This document shows positions 1 to 11,259 of a stretch of DNA of 64,000 bases, in pieces. Under the pieces are notes generated by a model, which made no database searches, was not told where the DNA came from, and saw only the letters and a program-made list of their open reading frames with translations. Both the position numbers and the translations under genes were made by a program. Positions within the stretch are counted from its first letter, which is position 1; every line of letters starts with the position of its first letter. The stretch is from Schizochytrium sp. TIO01 (Eukaryota > Protista > Bigyra: Labyrinthulomycetes), in assembly GCA_004764695.1 (NCBI GenBank), contig SMSO01000035.1:2108001-2172000 (forward strand). Direction: 5' to 3'.

Positions 1-600
1 CTGATTGAATGCGAAGATGTCCTGAACTTCACTATCATCATAGAATAGGCTGACCATTGCATATCCTTTTGAAGCTTGTATAGCTACATTTTCAATGCTT
101 TTATTTACCATTGATGTGTGCTTGATAATACTGTCCCCACAACCCTCATCTGAGCAAACACTAAGACCGTCAGGCACGACGATACCTACAAGCTCCATCA
201 CGTCTTCGATACTGCGATTAGCCACTAATGCTGCCACGTAAATTGTTGAAAGGTCCTCTCGATCCATAGTTGCCCCAAGTAAAGTTATATTGTGTTCGAG
301 AGTATCCAGCCCTAGTGCTGACTTTGAAATATTCTGTATTGGCTCCCAAATGTTTGCATTCCACTGCAAAACTTGGACAGCCTGCTCTTCGGATATGTAC
401 ACAAGTAGGTCGTCTGTCAATGTTACGAACGCAACACCAATATCTTGAGGATACGTTTCCAAGTATGAGGGATCTCCAATTGTCTCAAGGTCTTGGGCCA
501 GACATTTGATTGGCGCGCTTTGAAGGAAGATCAAACCAACGAGCACTGCAAACCACCTCCGGTACCCAGGTAATCGAAGAACACGTTCCGAGGACACCAT
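1..600 (-). CDS. 5' part of a secreted/membrane protein (runs off the window edge)
   Basis: Manual translation from the ATG at 600 is open to position 1 (200 codons): MVSSERVLRLPGYRRWFAVLVGLIFLQSAPIKCLAQDLETIGD..., with a signal-peptide-like N-terminus and N-glycosylation sequons (NIS, NIT, NRS, NKS). It is missing from the ORF track because there is no stop inside the window. Confidence 0.7.
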   Translation of the reverse strand, partial: MVSSERVLRLPGYRRWFAVLVGLIFLQSAPIKCLAQDLETIGDPSYLETYPQDIGVAFVTLTDDLLVYISEEQAVQVLQWNANIWEPIQNISKSALGLDTLEHNITLLGATMDREDLSTIYVAALVANRSIEDVMELVGIVVPDGLSVCSDEGCGDSIIKHTSMVNKSIENVAIQASKGYAMVSLFYDDSEVQDIFAFNQ

Positions 601-1296
601 CTTTGTACATTTATGCACGTGCTTTCGTTACGACAGAGTACTTCTCGGGAAGTCAAAAACGCGGCTCACTTTATAAGTTTGCCCTGCTTGTGAGCAATTC
701 CCTCTACTAAACCGCAAGAAGATCTCCGCCCTCGTTCTTCAATTGATTGAGTGCTTGGCTTGGTCTTGCCTTTGGACAACTCCTTTAATTTTTAATTTTT
801 CAGAAAGGACTTTTTTTTTTTTTTTTTTAACAACTTGAAAACAAAGAGGAAATCAACAAAAATCTCGTAAAATGGAACGAAGAGAAAGAGGATGCTTAGC
901 TTGGGTCAAAGCACTAAAACTCGGGCAGTTTCCAAGGGTGACCATACAAAGATTTAGTTACCAATGCTCATACAACCTGTTAGCGTTGTACCTGGTGCAA
1001 GTTAGTGAAAGAATAAGATATTTCTAGACCCCGTATTCTATTTTTTTGTTATGCGAGAGGGAGGAATTCAATAATCTAGAGCATGGTCATCGAAGAATGA
1101 ATCTCCTATTTTCAAAACTTTACTATTGCAGAGGTTAATCGTCCAAAGGGACAAACCTCAACAAGCACTTTGAATCTCTAATATGCTTAGAGGTTACTTG
1201 TTCAGTCGGGGCATTACTCCAATGAGTTGCAACTTGTTAGAAGACTATTTATATTTCAACATGATAAATTTATTTATTTTCACAAATGCGTGGTCC

Positions 1297-2784
1297 TTAT
1301 GATTCGCCTAGACGCAGTGTATTAATTATGAAAGGATTGTGCACGGCAATCTGAGTCTTGTTCGTTATAATTTCCCGAACAGCAGTATATCTCTCTTCAA
1401 CTACATCCACGTCGTGCGCCTCCTCCAAAAACTCGGTAATATTTTCATAAACCAGATACCGACGCTTTGCTACAATAATGTACCCAAGGAGAATCAAAAT
1501 CAGAGCTTCGATATTCACTATAAGTGGTAGTTCATCATACCACCAATCGGGCAGCAAGCGTTTATCATATCCTAATGAGTAGAGCAATGGCATGATCCCG
1601 TTGATGACACTGAGCAGAGCAATAAGTGTACCTAAGACATGGAAAGTATAGTCAGCGACTGGCTCAACCCAAATCATCATGAAGAGAATAATCACAGACG
1701 ATATCAAGAAAAGTAAAGGAGAAGCTACTGCTGGTGAAAAGACTGAGCCTAAGACTACGCCCCTTATAAAAACATCGCAAAGCTCGTAAACCCTTGTCCA
1801 TTCTGTGCCTGGTCTAAGGTCTGAGACGATATAGAAGGCAACGTGTTGGTCCTTCCAATGAACTAACTGCAATCGTTGTATTGTACCTGCAGGGGCCTCA
1901 CGTACGACCTCACAACGGCGGATATATGACCGAATTAGGCTCATCACCCAAAAGATATAAATCGCTATGAAACCGAGAGTAAATGCCCCCAAGAAGATCA
2001 TGAAAGTTCTTCCAGTACGGCATGAAGGCCAAGGGTAAAAGATCGAGAATAGCAAAGTAAAAGATGAAAAAATTGAGAGAGCGTATACCCAGAGTAGCTG
2101 AGCTCGAACTGTCCGGTGCAACAAGCATCGTTTCATGCTTGGTGGGTTTCGTAATATTGTGTACTCTAATATAGCTGCAAAGCATAGCACCAAACAAGTA
2201 ATCAACCATGCGCTCGGCAGGAGAAAATGTGGCTCAAGCTGGATTGCCTCAGCAAATTCATTTATTGGAGTTGCAGAGACATTCCAAAAATCGTCGCAGC
2301 GATCTGAACTTGACGAAATTGGAAAGAGAATCCCCACGAAGTTTGACCACGAGAACGAATATACATAGTTCGTAAACGATTCTGGTGCTCCTGGTAAAGT
2401 CATTAAGCCATAGGAATTAGTCTGCTGCACAAATTCAAGTACATTCACCGGAGAGTCCGATGATGGTGAGGTGAGCGAAAAAAACATTGATGCACATATA
2501 AGAAAGTTAGCTCCTGCAACTGAAGGTGCTGAGCGCACTTGCACATCCGAGCTCGACTGCTCACTTGTCGTGGAGGCATTGACCACATCTCCATTATCCC
2601 CACTTGTGTCTAGCAAACCCTCAAAGAAGCTGGGCAGGTCAACTGGCGTGGCTTGAGCTTGGCTTACGTTTGCCAAGATGGCACCAAGTGTCACTATGTA
2701 GAGCAGCCGCAGCCATTTCTTGTGCCGTAGTACCTGAGTAGGCTTCGTGCTTATTGTGCTTGGCCAAACGCATAGGCCTGACAT
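1297..2784 (-). CDS. Multi-pass membrane protein with signal peptide (about 7 TM; loosely TRP/FLC-like C-terminal membrane domain)
   Basis: 495-aa ORF with a hydrophobic signal segment (WLRLLYIVTLGAILANVSQAQA) and many hydrophobic helices in the C-terminal 300 aa. Family assignment is weak. Confidence 0.7.
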   Translation of the reverse strand: MSGLCVWPSTISTKPTQVLRHKKWLRLLYIVTLGAILANVSQAQATPVDLPSFFEGLLDTSGDNGDVVNASTTSEQSSSDVQVRSAPSVAGANFLICASMFFSLTSPSSDSPVNVLEFVQQTNSYGLMTLPGAPESFTNYVYSFSWSNFVGILFPISSSSDRCDDFWNVSATPINEFAEAIQLEPHFLLPSAWLITCLVLCFAAILEYTILRNPPSMKRCLLHRTVRAQLLWVYALSIFSSFTLLFSIFYPWPSCRTGRTFMIFLGAFTLGFIAIYIFWVMSLIRSYIRRCEVVREAPAGTIQRLQLVHWKDQHVAFYIVSDLRPGTEWTRVYELCDVFIRGVVLGSVFSPAVASPLLFLISSVIILFMMIWVEPVADYTFHVLGTLIALLSVINGIMPLLYSLGYDKRLLPDWWYDELPLIVNIEALILILLGYIIVAKRRYLVYENITEFLEEAHDVDVVEERYTAVREIITNKTQIAVHNPFIINTLRLGES

Positions 2785-3703
2785 CTATGTCATGCGATCT
2801 GAGCAGACTTGCTCCCAATCGCCAGGCAGGTCTTCATTAGCGTTGTGTTGTCGATTTCACGAACCCGTCGAGCAATCGAAGTAAACTTTCAATGCCTTGG
2901 ACTTGGGACTCAACTAACACTTACCTCCTCTTTTATTTGTTTTATTTCTAATATTATATATAAAGAAAATTTATTTTAATTAAAGAAATATTAATTAGAA
3001 ATATAATAAAAAATATTCATATTAACATTAATATTAATAATAATAATAATAATAGCTAGGTGTTATTATTGCACACATCATCAGATAACACGCTTTGATA
3101 TCAAAGTGTTTCCGAGTATCACTCAAACAGTGTCTGTGCAAGCGCAAGCCACGAATCCATCGTCTGAAAGTGCACTATAAAGCCTCAAACCAGCGCAGGG
3201 AGACAACTCCAGGTCCAGGACCCTTGCAAGTTGGCCTGTCATATCTTGGCCATGCGATATGGCACGAGGACAGATCCGAGCCTGTTGACGAAAGCCACGT
3301 TTTACTCTTTGATAGTCTCTTCTCACTGCTTCTTTCTTTCTTTCTTTCTTTCTTTCTTTCATTCAGTTGAGTTTGTGTGGTTCTCATTGACCACAAGAAC
3401 TGCAGCTCAACGATGAATAAAGTATCATGCATACATACATGCATACATCAAAGAGTGATGCGTCCTCGTCATGGGTCGCCAAGAGTCCTCACGGCCAGAG
3501 CGAAAGTAGCAGACTTCTTGGAGATCTTCTTCTGCACGTTCCCCTACAAGCTCCCTCATAGAGTCTAGCGTGCTGGTGAACTTACTTGTCCAAGTTTTTT
3601 CGCATAGTAACTTACTGAGCTCCTTCTCCTCCTCCTAAAGCACATGCTGCTCTTGGGGGTACGTAGCCAAAGAGCCAATCAATGCACATCACGAAACAGG
3701 GTA

Positions 3704-3926
3704 TTTGTTTGTTTGTTTGTTTGTTTGTTTGTTTGTTTGTTTGTTTGTTTGTTTGTTTGTTTGTTTGTTTGTTTGTTTGTTTGTTTGTTTGTTTGTTTGT
3801 TTGTTTGTTTGTTTGTTTGTTTGTTTGTTTGTTTGTTTGTTTGTTTGTTTGTTTGTTTGTTTGTTTGTTTGTTTGTTTGTTTGTTTGTTTGTTTGTTTGT
3901 TTGTTTGTTTGTTTGTTTGTTTGTTT
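3704..3926. repeat. (GTTT)n microsatellite
   Basis: About 55 perfect GTTT units; source of the spurious VCLF ORFs. Confidence 0.98.
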
Positions 3927-4587
3927 ATTGCTCTTTTATCGCTTCCGTCGCCTCCTTTAGAACTAACTAACTCTCAGAGGGAAACAGAGGACCTGTCGCT
4001 GATGGATGGATGTAAAGGACTCGAGCGTCTGTCAGTCTGTGAAGGGACGTAGATTGTGGACTGCTGCCGATACTGCGCTCTGCAATGAAGGCAGAGCTTT
4101 GCGAGGTCGAGGAGTAATGAATGCTTCTACTCTAAGTAGGTTTGTTTGTTTGTTGGTTTTGATTAAAAGTTGTTTGTTTGTTAGTTTGTTTGTTTGTTTG
4201 TTTCCTTTTTTAATCTTGTGTCAATTTTAATGTTATTGGAACTATGGTAGGGATCTCCCTAGCAGATACCATGGGAGTCCCATTTATTTCAGTTTTAGTT
4301 GATGTTATTTAGAGAAAGATTATAATAAATCTCACTTTTTGTTTATGATTTGTATAGAATGGTTTGTAAACATAACAAATTGGTACTCTAGAGTCGCTTG
4401 AACCGCACGTGGCTTTCTTACAAACCTTGAATCATTTTCGTCCCGTTGCACAGGCAGCCTTTGCACCGCTGCCAGGTTGAGGGAAACGCTCTCCTAGCGG
4501 CGCTGTTGGCACACGCTCGCAGGGGCCTGATTTTGGCGTGCGCAGGTGTAAGAGCCTGAGGTCTAACGCAGGGTTACACTCAACACG

Positions 4588-6441
4588 ATGGAGAAAACAG
4601 TTCAAAGAGATGCTGCCAACGCCCCTGAGCACGATGCTGAGACGACCACAGATAGACTTGTGGATGGGAACAGGCCTCAACATGATCAAGAATATGATGC
4701 TTTGGAGCAGCTGTCAATCCTTGCTCCTGAAGTTATTAAAAGCAAGACCTCGTTGAGTTCAACGCCTGCTTCGGAACTACTTCAAGACCAATCCCAGACT
4801 CAGAGTGAGTCGAACGCTGATCTGCAGACCGTTTTAAAGGTTCGCGAGCCACTTTCGCAAACACCTCCACCTTCACAAAGGGAACTGTTCTCAGACACGG
4901 ATAGTGAGAACAGCTCGCATGAGGAATTCACCGTTTCTGCGCCAACTATGCCACAGCGCAGCATCTTGAAAGGTGCAGCGTCATCATCATCATCTTCTTC
5001 TGTATCAGTATCGACGACAGGAACCACACACTTTGATGTGATGTCCCTTTTTTCAGAAAATAAGAATCCCTATAATCAAGAAGATAATGAGTCCTCTAAT
5101 TTGAAGTATTCACGGCCACTGCCAGCTCCCCCGGCACCCCCTAGGCAAACCTTTAACACACCAGAAGTAGCCACCCCTCCACCTCCTCCACCGCCACCCC
5201 CACCACCACCGCCCTCACTACCACATCTGGAACCAGAATCTCCATCAGCAGGATCTTCTTCAGGAAAAGGATTGACACTACTGACCTCAGGACTCTCGTC
5301 ATTTCTCACTAGCAGCTCGAGTGATCCTGGGAGTTCTCGCAAAGGGCGACCTCTGCAGAATTTGCTTAATCGGAATAAGGGAGAATCACCAAAACGCGTC
5401 GAAATTGCAGAGGAAGCCACCCAATCACCCAAAACTCAACTCATGTCACGCTCCACGCTGGACTCGACTTCTGCAGCACTGTCCGGAAGGAATTTCAATG
5501 AGCGTGATCGTGAGAATGCTGCTGCTCTTATTCATCGCTTGAGCTACAATAATATGCAAGAGATTCTGAACATGACTGCATTGGCTCTTAAGGAGACATT
5601 TGATAACCTAGGCATGCCTGATGTTGGCGAGGTTCTATACGAGCATGATATGAGCGGTATAGCTCTTTCTCAGTGTAGCAATGATCACATTGCTACATTT
5701 GAGTTTAAAACGCTTTCGGATCAATGTGCCGTAGAGTTGCTGGCAAAACGTCTTGCCCTGACTCTAGAAAGCCTTGAGAGCGAGCACCTTCTTTTTGAGC
5801 AAGAAACAGCGTACCACGGGCACCGATTTATTTGGGTGCCAGGTCCATGCTCGTTTTTCAATTTCTGGTCGATGCGCCCTTATCGTCTCGCCCACCAAAA
5901 ATTTGTCGACGCGGTTCTCTGCCGGCCGATGACTTTGTATGACATGCCTGAACCTCGCGTGGTTCTTCGAGGAGGCAAAATAACATTAATATTTTCTGCG
6001 TGGAATGAGGACCTAGTTCCTGCTCGCCATGCTAATTTATACAAAGTCCATGCGCCTGCCAACCAACACGGTGTCTTTCATACATTCTACGACAATACGG
6101 AGTATGATAAGATCATCGATATTGACATCCAAAAGTTTGATCGACCTTCAAAATATATAAAGACCTGGGAAGAAAGGGTATGTCTACAGACTTTATTATG
6201 CTCGATTCTTGAGCAGGAACCTAACCAAGGTCTTTGGTACTGGGTGACCCCATGCATGGCCTGTTGTGGTTACACACATTTCTATCAGGATATAAAAGAA
6301 GCCATCATCACAATGTCTGTCCGTGTAGGACGTCAAGTAGAGCGTAAATCATTTGGCGTGCTGATGAACTCTGACCTCATTGAACACCATATCCGAACCC
6401 AAATCGCTGAGAAGCGAATTCGCGGAGTTGCCCCAGCTTGA
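4588..6441 (+). CDS. Proline-rich protein with a central SAM-like domain and an unknown C-terminal domain
   Basis: 617-aa ATG ORF; disordered S/P-rich N-half with poly-Pro. LKETFDNLGMPDVGEVLYEHDMSGIALSQCSNDHIATFEFKTLSDQCAVELL resembles the SAM consensus. Confidence 0.8.
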   Translation: MEKTVQRDAANAPEHDAETTTDRLVDGNRPQHDQEYDALEQLSILAPEVIKSKTSLSSTPASELLQDQSQTQSESNADLQTVLKVREPLSQTPPPSQRELFSDTDSENSSHEEFTVSAPTMPQRSILKGAASSSSSSSVSVSTTGTTHFDVMSLFSENKNPYNQEDNESSNLKYSRPLPAPPAPPRQTFNTPEVATPPPPPPPPPPPPPSLPHLEPESPSAGSSSGKGLTLLTSGLSSFLTSSSSDPGSSRKGRPLQNLLNRNKGESPKRVEIAEEATQSPKTQLMSRSTLDSTSAALSGRNFNERDRENAAALIHRLSYNNMQEILNMTALALKETFDNLGMPDVGEVLYEHDMSGIALSQCSNDHIATFEFKTLSDQCAVELLAKRLALTLESLESEHLLFEQETAYHGHRFIWVPGPCSFFNFWSMRPYRLAHQKFVDAVLCRPMTLYDMPEPRVVLRGGKITLIFSAWNEDLVPARHANLYKVHAPANQHGVFHTFYDNTEYDKIIDIDIQKFDRPSKYIKTWEERVCLQTLLCSILEQEPNQGLWYWVTPCMACCGYTHFYQDIKEAIITMSVRVGRQVERKSFGVLMNSDLIEHHIRTQIAEKRIRGVAPA

Positions 6442-7095
6442 ATCTCCTCGCAACATGCATTTAACGTCTCTTGCAGTCAGTCCAAGCGATCCCGAAATGC
6501 GTGTCTGGCCTGACTCTCTGGCAAACATCTCCTCGAGCAACAAGTAACGCACGAGAGAGCGCACATCTTTAGGTTAGTTAGGTTCCACTGGCCGCGACCC
6601 ATATGATTCGTTGGCTCAATCTGCATTACTCTGAACCACGTGAACTTCTTCCGCTCACAGCAAACGTTCTCCTTTTGGGAATGTGTAAGACTGATCCATG
6701 AAATCCCATCTTTTTGTAATCGTCACTACCATGATCATAACGATTTATTGCATTTCTATTACGCCAATGATATTGTAAAATATAAAAATATAAAAATAGC
6801 CATACCTACTCATTGTTTCCTTTTTTCCTTAAATTTAATTTCAATTTATCAAAACGATCCATCTGAAAATGTGCGGTAGTTGGGTAAAAAGAACTGTTCT
6901 ACCAAAGATAATTTTGGGGAAAATCTGAAATTCGAATCAGCATGTTAAAAAGGCTTTCAATAAATATCATAGACTTTAAGGACAGTATGATTGTTTACTT
7001 TACATAGTATAATATCATAAACAGTAGTGAGTAGGCAGGTTGTATGTACATTTGGAAGAATTTCAATGATCGAAGAGGATTGAAGTTGAAGCAGA

Positions 7096-8658
7096 TTAAT
7101 TCAGTGGCCGTTCACCACGTTGTTGCAAGCACTTCGCACAGTAATCTAAAAGGCAAATATTGCAATGAAACATTGCTGCAGGGGGGGCGTGGAAAGTGCC
7201 ACAACGATCACAATAGTATCCCTTCAGGTATTCTTCGTCGCTTCGACGGTCAGCCATTTGTTGCGGCGTCTGGAGCGCATATGTATGTGAGCCGTTTCCA
7301 AAGCAGTCTATAACTTTTTGAGCCTTATGTGAGACTGGGGCAATTTTGATGCTCTTGTAATATCTGCGCCTTGCACAGGCACAAAACCGTTTGACAATAC
7401 AAGGTAATACGAAGAAAACCACGAAGACAACAATGGCACCTATAATTGAAATACCTCCATTAGTGTCACAAACTTCCCATTCGCAAGGACACCATTCCAA
7501 ATTGGTGCTCATGCAGGTTTGAAATGCAGAATAATTTGCTGGAGCCCCAAGCACTGTCTCAAGGTAGTAATTTGCTTCGTTCGTAGAGTTGCTCAAATAA
7601 GGCGCGCAATCATCATCCTCCTCACAAATCATATACTCAGATATACAGTTGCTGTCAATGTAGTATTGTACATGAGCCCATCCACCATCGTCCCGTGTAA
7701 AATGTTGGCCTACTGGGACGCAGTAACCAGCCCAATCTTCGCTTATACAGACTCCAATATTAGCGTCTGCAGGGCATGGATCATAGCCATACACTGTCTG
7801 CACTGTCGCGGTTGTTACAGCCGAGCTTTTTAACTCCAAGCTATCTGAGTTTCCCACAACTAATTCTTCAGAGCAGCCGCAAATAAGATTTTCTTGTGTT
7901 CCTTGTTGGCAGCCAGGGTCAGTCGGGTAGCTTGAGCAGCGCGAGCTTCCATAGTAGCGAGACGACCTGAAATACACAAGTGCTGCCCAAGAATATCCAG
8001 AATTAGAAATGAAATAACCTTTGGATGAAATATAGTATGATCCGCCACCGGACGATGTGTAATATGTCTTCGAGAATAACCTGTCTAATAAATCATAAGA
8101 AAATGAGTCGCCAGAGGAACCTTTGTTATGAACAAGTACACCTTCAACGAAGAACCAATGCGTTGGTTCAAGGCGTAATGTATATGTGGGAACTGCATCA
8201 GGCATGCGAACTAGATCGGTGACGTTAGCCAAGACAAGGCTTCCTGTTTCAGACATGAGAGCCTCATTTTCCTGTCGCATTTGCACAGCCTCCATACGAT
8301 AGGCTGATGCAGTAGTATCTGGTCGAAGTGAAATGACTTGTTTGCTCTCAAAACCATAATAGGGATGGTCTGGGGTTGACCAGATGAAAGAACCTGTCTC
8401 CATTTCTAGTTTCATTAGCTCGTTGGCTTCAGATGCGATTAGGTCTATTACGTTGGCCTCCACAACTTCTTCTAGTTCAAGATCATACGACAGCACACGA
8501 TCTCCTGGTTGTATATCTTTAATCGCTTTAAGAGACTTATCAGCCATATGTACTCGCATCGTGCCAGTAAAGCAAGAGCTGCCCTGTGATAATGTCGGGA
8601 GTAGCGCAAACAGGGTAAACGATACGCCACCCCACGACATAGTGCTGCTTAAGCGCAT
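7096..8658 (-). CDS. Signal peptide + Hint (intein-like) domain + Cys-rich ectodomain + TM + cytoplasmic Zn-finger protein
   Basis: First ATG at 8658. Hint block A CFTGTMRVHMAD...IKDIQPGDRVLS, block B STPDHPY, block F/G TYTLRLEPTHWFFVEGVLVHN. TM IIGAIVVFVVFFVLPCIV. C-terminal CDRC...HCNICLLDYCAKC. Confidence 0.9.
   Translation of the reverse strand: MRLSSTMSWGGVSFTLFALLPTLSQGSSCFTGTMRVHMADKSLKAIKDIQPGDRVLSYDLELEEVVEANVIDLIASEANELMKLEMETGSFIWSTPDHPYYGFESKQVISLRPDTTASAYRMEAVQMRQENEALMSETGSLVLANVTDLVRMPDAVPTYTLRLEPTHWFFVEGVLVHNKGSSGDSFSYDLLDRLFSKTYYTSSGGGSYYISSKGYFISNSGYSWAALVYFRSSRYYGSSRCSSYPTDPGCQQGTQENLICGCSEELVVGNSDSLELKSSAVTTATVQTVYGYDPCPADANIGVCISEDWAGYCVPVGQHFTRDDGGWAHVQYYIDSNCISEYMICEEDDDCAPYLSNSTNEANYYLETVLGAPANYSAFQTCMSTNLEWCPCEWEVCDTNGGISIIGAIVVFVVFFVLPCIVKRFCACARRRYYKSIKIAPVSHKAQKVIDCFGNGSHTYALQTPQQMADRRSDEEYLKGYYCDRCGTFHAPPAAMFHCNICLLDYCAKCLQQRGERPLN
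8125..8574 (-). other. Hint / intein-like autoprocessing domain (150 aa, no homing endonuclease)
   Basis: Starts with Cys (TGC, 8572-8574), contains TxxH and ends His-Asn (8125-8130). The +1 residue is Lys, not Cys/Ser/Thr. Confidence 0.9.
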
Positions 8659-10019
8659 CTTATCTTTTCCAAAAGAAAGGTGACGAAAAGAAAGGATCAC
8701 CTTGTTCGAGTAGCACGGTGATCTTTTCTGATTGCTGGTTTGTTGCTAAAACTTTTAGAGCAGAAACCGGGTTCGTTTCTCGTGCCCTAACAATACAACA
8801 AAATTGCTTACGCTGAATGGTTATGAAGCGCCGCCAAGACATCTTTGGGTAATTAAATTATGTGGTTTATAAATCCGCGCTTGGCAAGGCTCGCTAATTC
8901 CTGCTCCATGACCTGCTCCCGAAGTTTAGCACGGACATGTCCCACCTCGTATGTTCATGTGTGTGCGATCTATATTGTGAGGAGTCTATGCGAGAATGAT
9001 TTTCTAAAGAACTCTAGGCGCTTCTTTATAACACTAAGTTACGATTTGGCGCGAGCTTTGTTTACAAATCACAACTAAGCCGGACTGTGCTAGAGATCCG
9101 TTACATGAATCTCAGTGCCCCTACTTATATTCATGGACAAGCGGATCAAAACTCCCACAATTTTGATTACATACAGATCCCCCGTAGGCACTAGCCTATG
9201 ATACTGCCTATGCGTGTCTCGCCTCCACAGCCACGAAGACCAAACCTTTAGCTTTCCCTCACAGTGCGTGTCTGCTCCATAAGCCTGCATTCACAGAGCT
9301 TGCTTTGAAAATGAAACAAACGAAGCAAGAGGATCCATGATCACTTCTGCTCGCTTACCAGACCAAGAGTATCTGCAATAGAGTCTCCCTGACGCTTCGC
9401 CATCTTTGGTCTTGGTGCAAGGCATTGATTGCAAGGCATTGATTGCAAGGCATTGATTGTCCTGTTCTCGGCGATGATGCCGAGCAAGGTGGAGACGCCA
9501 GGGTTCTCCAAGCCCACGACGACGAAGAAGACGAGGTTCTCGAGTTCTACCTCGTGTAGGTCCTGACTGGCCGGCCGGTTGCCTGCCTCTCTTTATGCCT
9601 ACTCCAAGTGCTTCCTTCCATCCACAGACAGAAATCCGACGGCGGTGGCGAACTGCATTCACGAGATTACAATGGCTCCTCATTCTTCACTCCACTCGCT
9701 GGAAAAGACGGTTGCTGTGTCGTGGGCACAGGCAGAAAGCAGTTAGTTACCTTCTGCAGCCACGGCAGAAGAGGGTGTTTATGCATTGCTTGATTGATTC
9801 GTTTACGTGCAAACCAATTGCGAGGAGGTCTGTGCAGTCAATCCTGAGCAATTCCATGCAGTTCTGTGCAATTCTGTGCAATTCTGGGCAAGTTGGCTTA
9901 TTAAAGCTCGAACTGATTTGTATGGTTGAAGGACGCGATCGATTGATTGATTGATTGATTGATTGGCTGTTGCACAGCCAAGTCTGAAGAGCGTGGAAAT
10001 GATGAAGAGACAGGTAGAC

Positions 10020-10187
10020 AAACAGACAAACAGGCAAACAAACAAACAGGCAAACAGGCAAACAAACAAACAAACAAACAAACAAACAAACAAACAAACA
10101 AACAAACAAACAAACAAACAAACAAACAAACAAACAAACAAACAAACAAACAAACAAACAAACAAACAAACAAACAAACAAACAAAC
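10020..10187. repeat. (CAAA)n microsatellite
   Basis: Long CAAA run with a degenerate 5' part. Confidence 0.97.
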
Positions 10188-10387
10188 ATGTGTGACATCG
10201 AGATCCTGCCCCAGTTGTTCAAGGTGGATCTGCTGCACTCACTGCCTCGCCGTTGACAGTGTCTCGTCTGATGAAGAGAGCCGAGGGCCACGAACATTTA
10301 TTTGCAGAGCAGCACGTCGGGAACGACGAAGAAGACCTTCGTTTTTCATTGATGCTTCGAGCAAGTTGATAAAAAAGTAAGCAAGTC

Positions 10388-10447
10388 ATTCATTCATTCA
10401 TTCATTCATTCATTCATTCATTCATTCATTCATTCATTCATTCATTC
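10388..10447. repeat. (ATTC)n microsatellite
   Basis: About 15 ATTC units, followed by a short (GAC)n. Confidence 0.95.
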
Positions 10448-11147
10448 GTCAGACACGACGACGACGACGACGATGACGGAGAGCACGAAGAACCAACCGA
10501 GCGAGGACGCTCTCCAAGCTCGCGTTTTCTGGTCTCGGGCGGGCGCAGGCTTGTCAGAAGAATCCAAGACGTCGATTGTGGTTTCTAAGTCAGACAGCAG
10601 TTTCGTTTCCAAGGTCCATGACTAATTAATTGATTTGTTGTGCCATCGAACCTAAGCATTACCTACCTTGACAATAAATTGAATGAGGCCACCTGAGGTG
10701 AATCGCCTTCAGCGAAGACTTGTTTGCAGATCCTCAGCGCAGCATATTGATTGAAAGGCTGCGCTTTTTGCAGCGAAGCAACTGAGATTGACTGCACAAT
10801 GAAGTAAGTAAGTAAGTAAGTCCGAATTGTATGTACGTTTTATAAGCGAGAAAATGCAATTCGTTAAAGGTTGAGAAGGTCTGCAAGAGAACAGGTCGCA
10901 TGCAAAGGTGAGCGCATGAACACCTCTGCCTACAGCCGAAGGCAGACTGCGGCGCCGCTTCCATTTTCATTACTCGCCTCGAGTGCATGCCTGTTCGCTT
11001 GTTTGGTTGACGCAGGTTATCTATTTTGATAATAATCGTGGAGCGATTTCATCTCCATGAAAACTGTACTTTTAGCTCTAAAAAGTACTTTTAATTGAAA
11101 ACAAAGCTTTAAACATGTATGAGGAGAAAGAATCAATCACAAAAGGA

Positions 11148-11259
11148 ATTTAATTTAATTTAATTTAATTTAATTTAATTTAATTTAATTTAATTTAATT
11201 TAATTTAATTTAATTTAATTTAATTTAATTTAATTTAATTTAATTTAATTTAATTAATT
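11148..11259. repeat. (AATTT)n pentanucleotide microsatellite
   Basis: About 21 units of aattt. Confidence 0.97.

Noticed and set aside
3644-4052. ORFs of VCLF repeats (also 9747-10297, 36567-37142 and 46513-47143)
   Set aside because: Artefacts of stop-free microsatellites.
8125-8574. True splicing intein or homing element
   Set aside because: No endonuclease, the +1 residue is Lys, and there is almost no N-extein.
9416-9459. 14-bp tandem repeat (TGCAAGGCATTGAT) x3
   Set aside because: Simple slippage duplication with no spacers and no linked gene.
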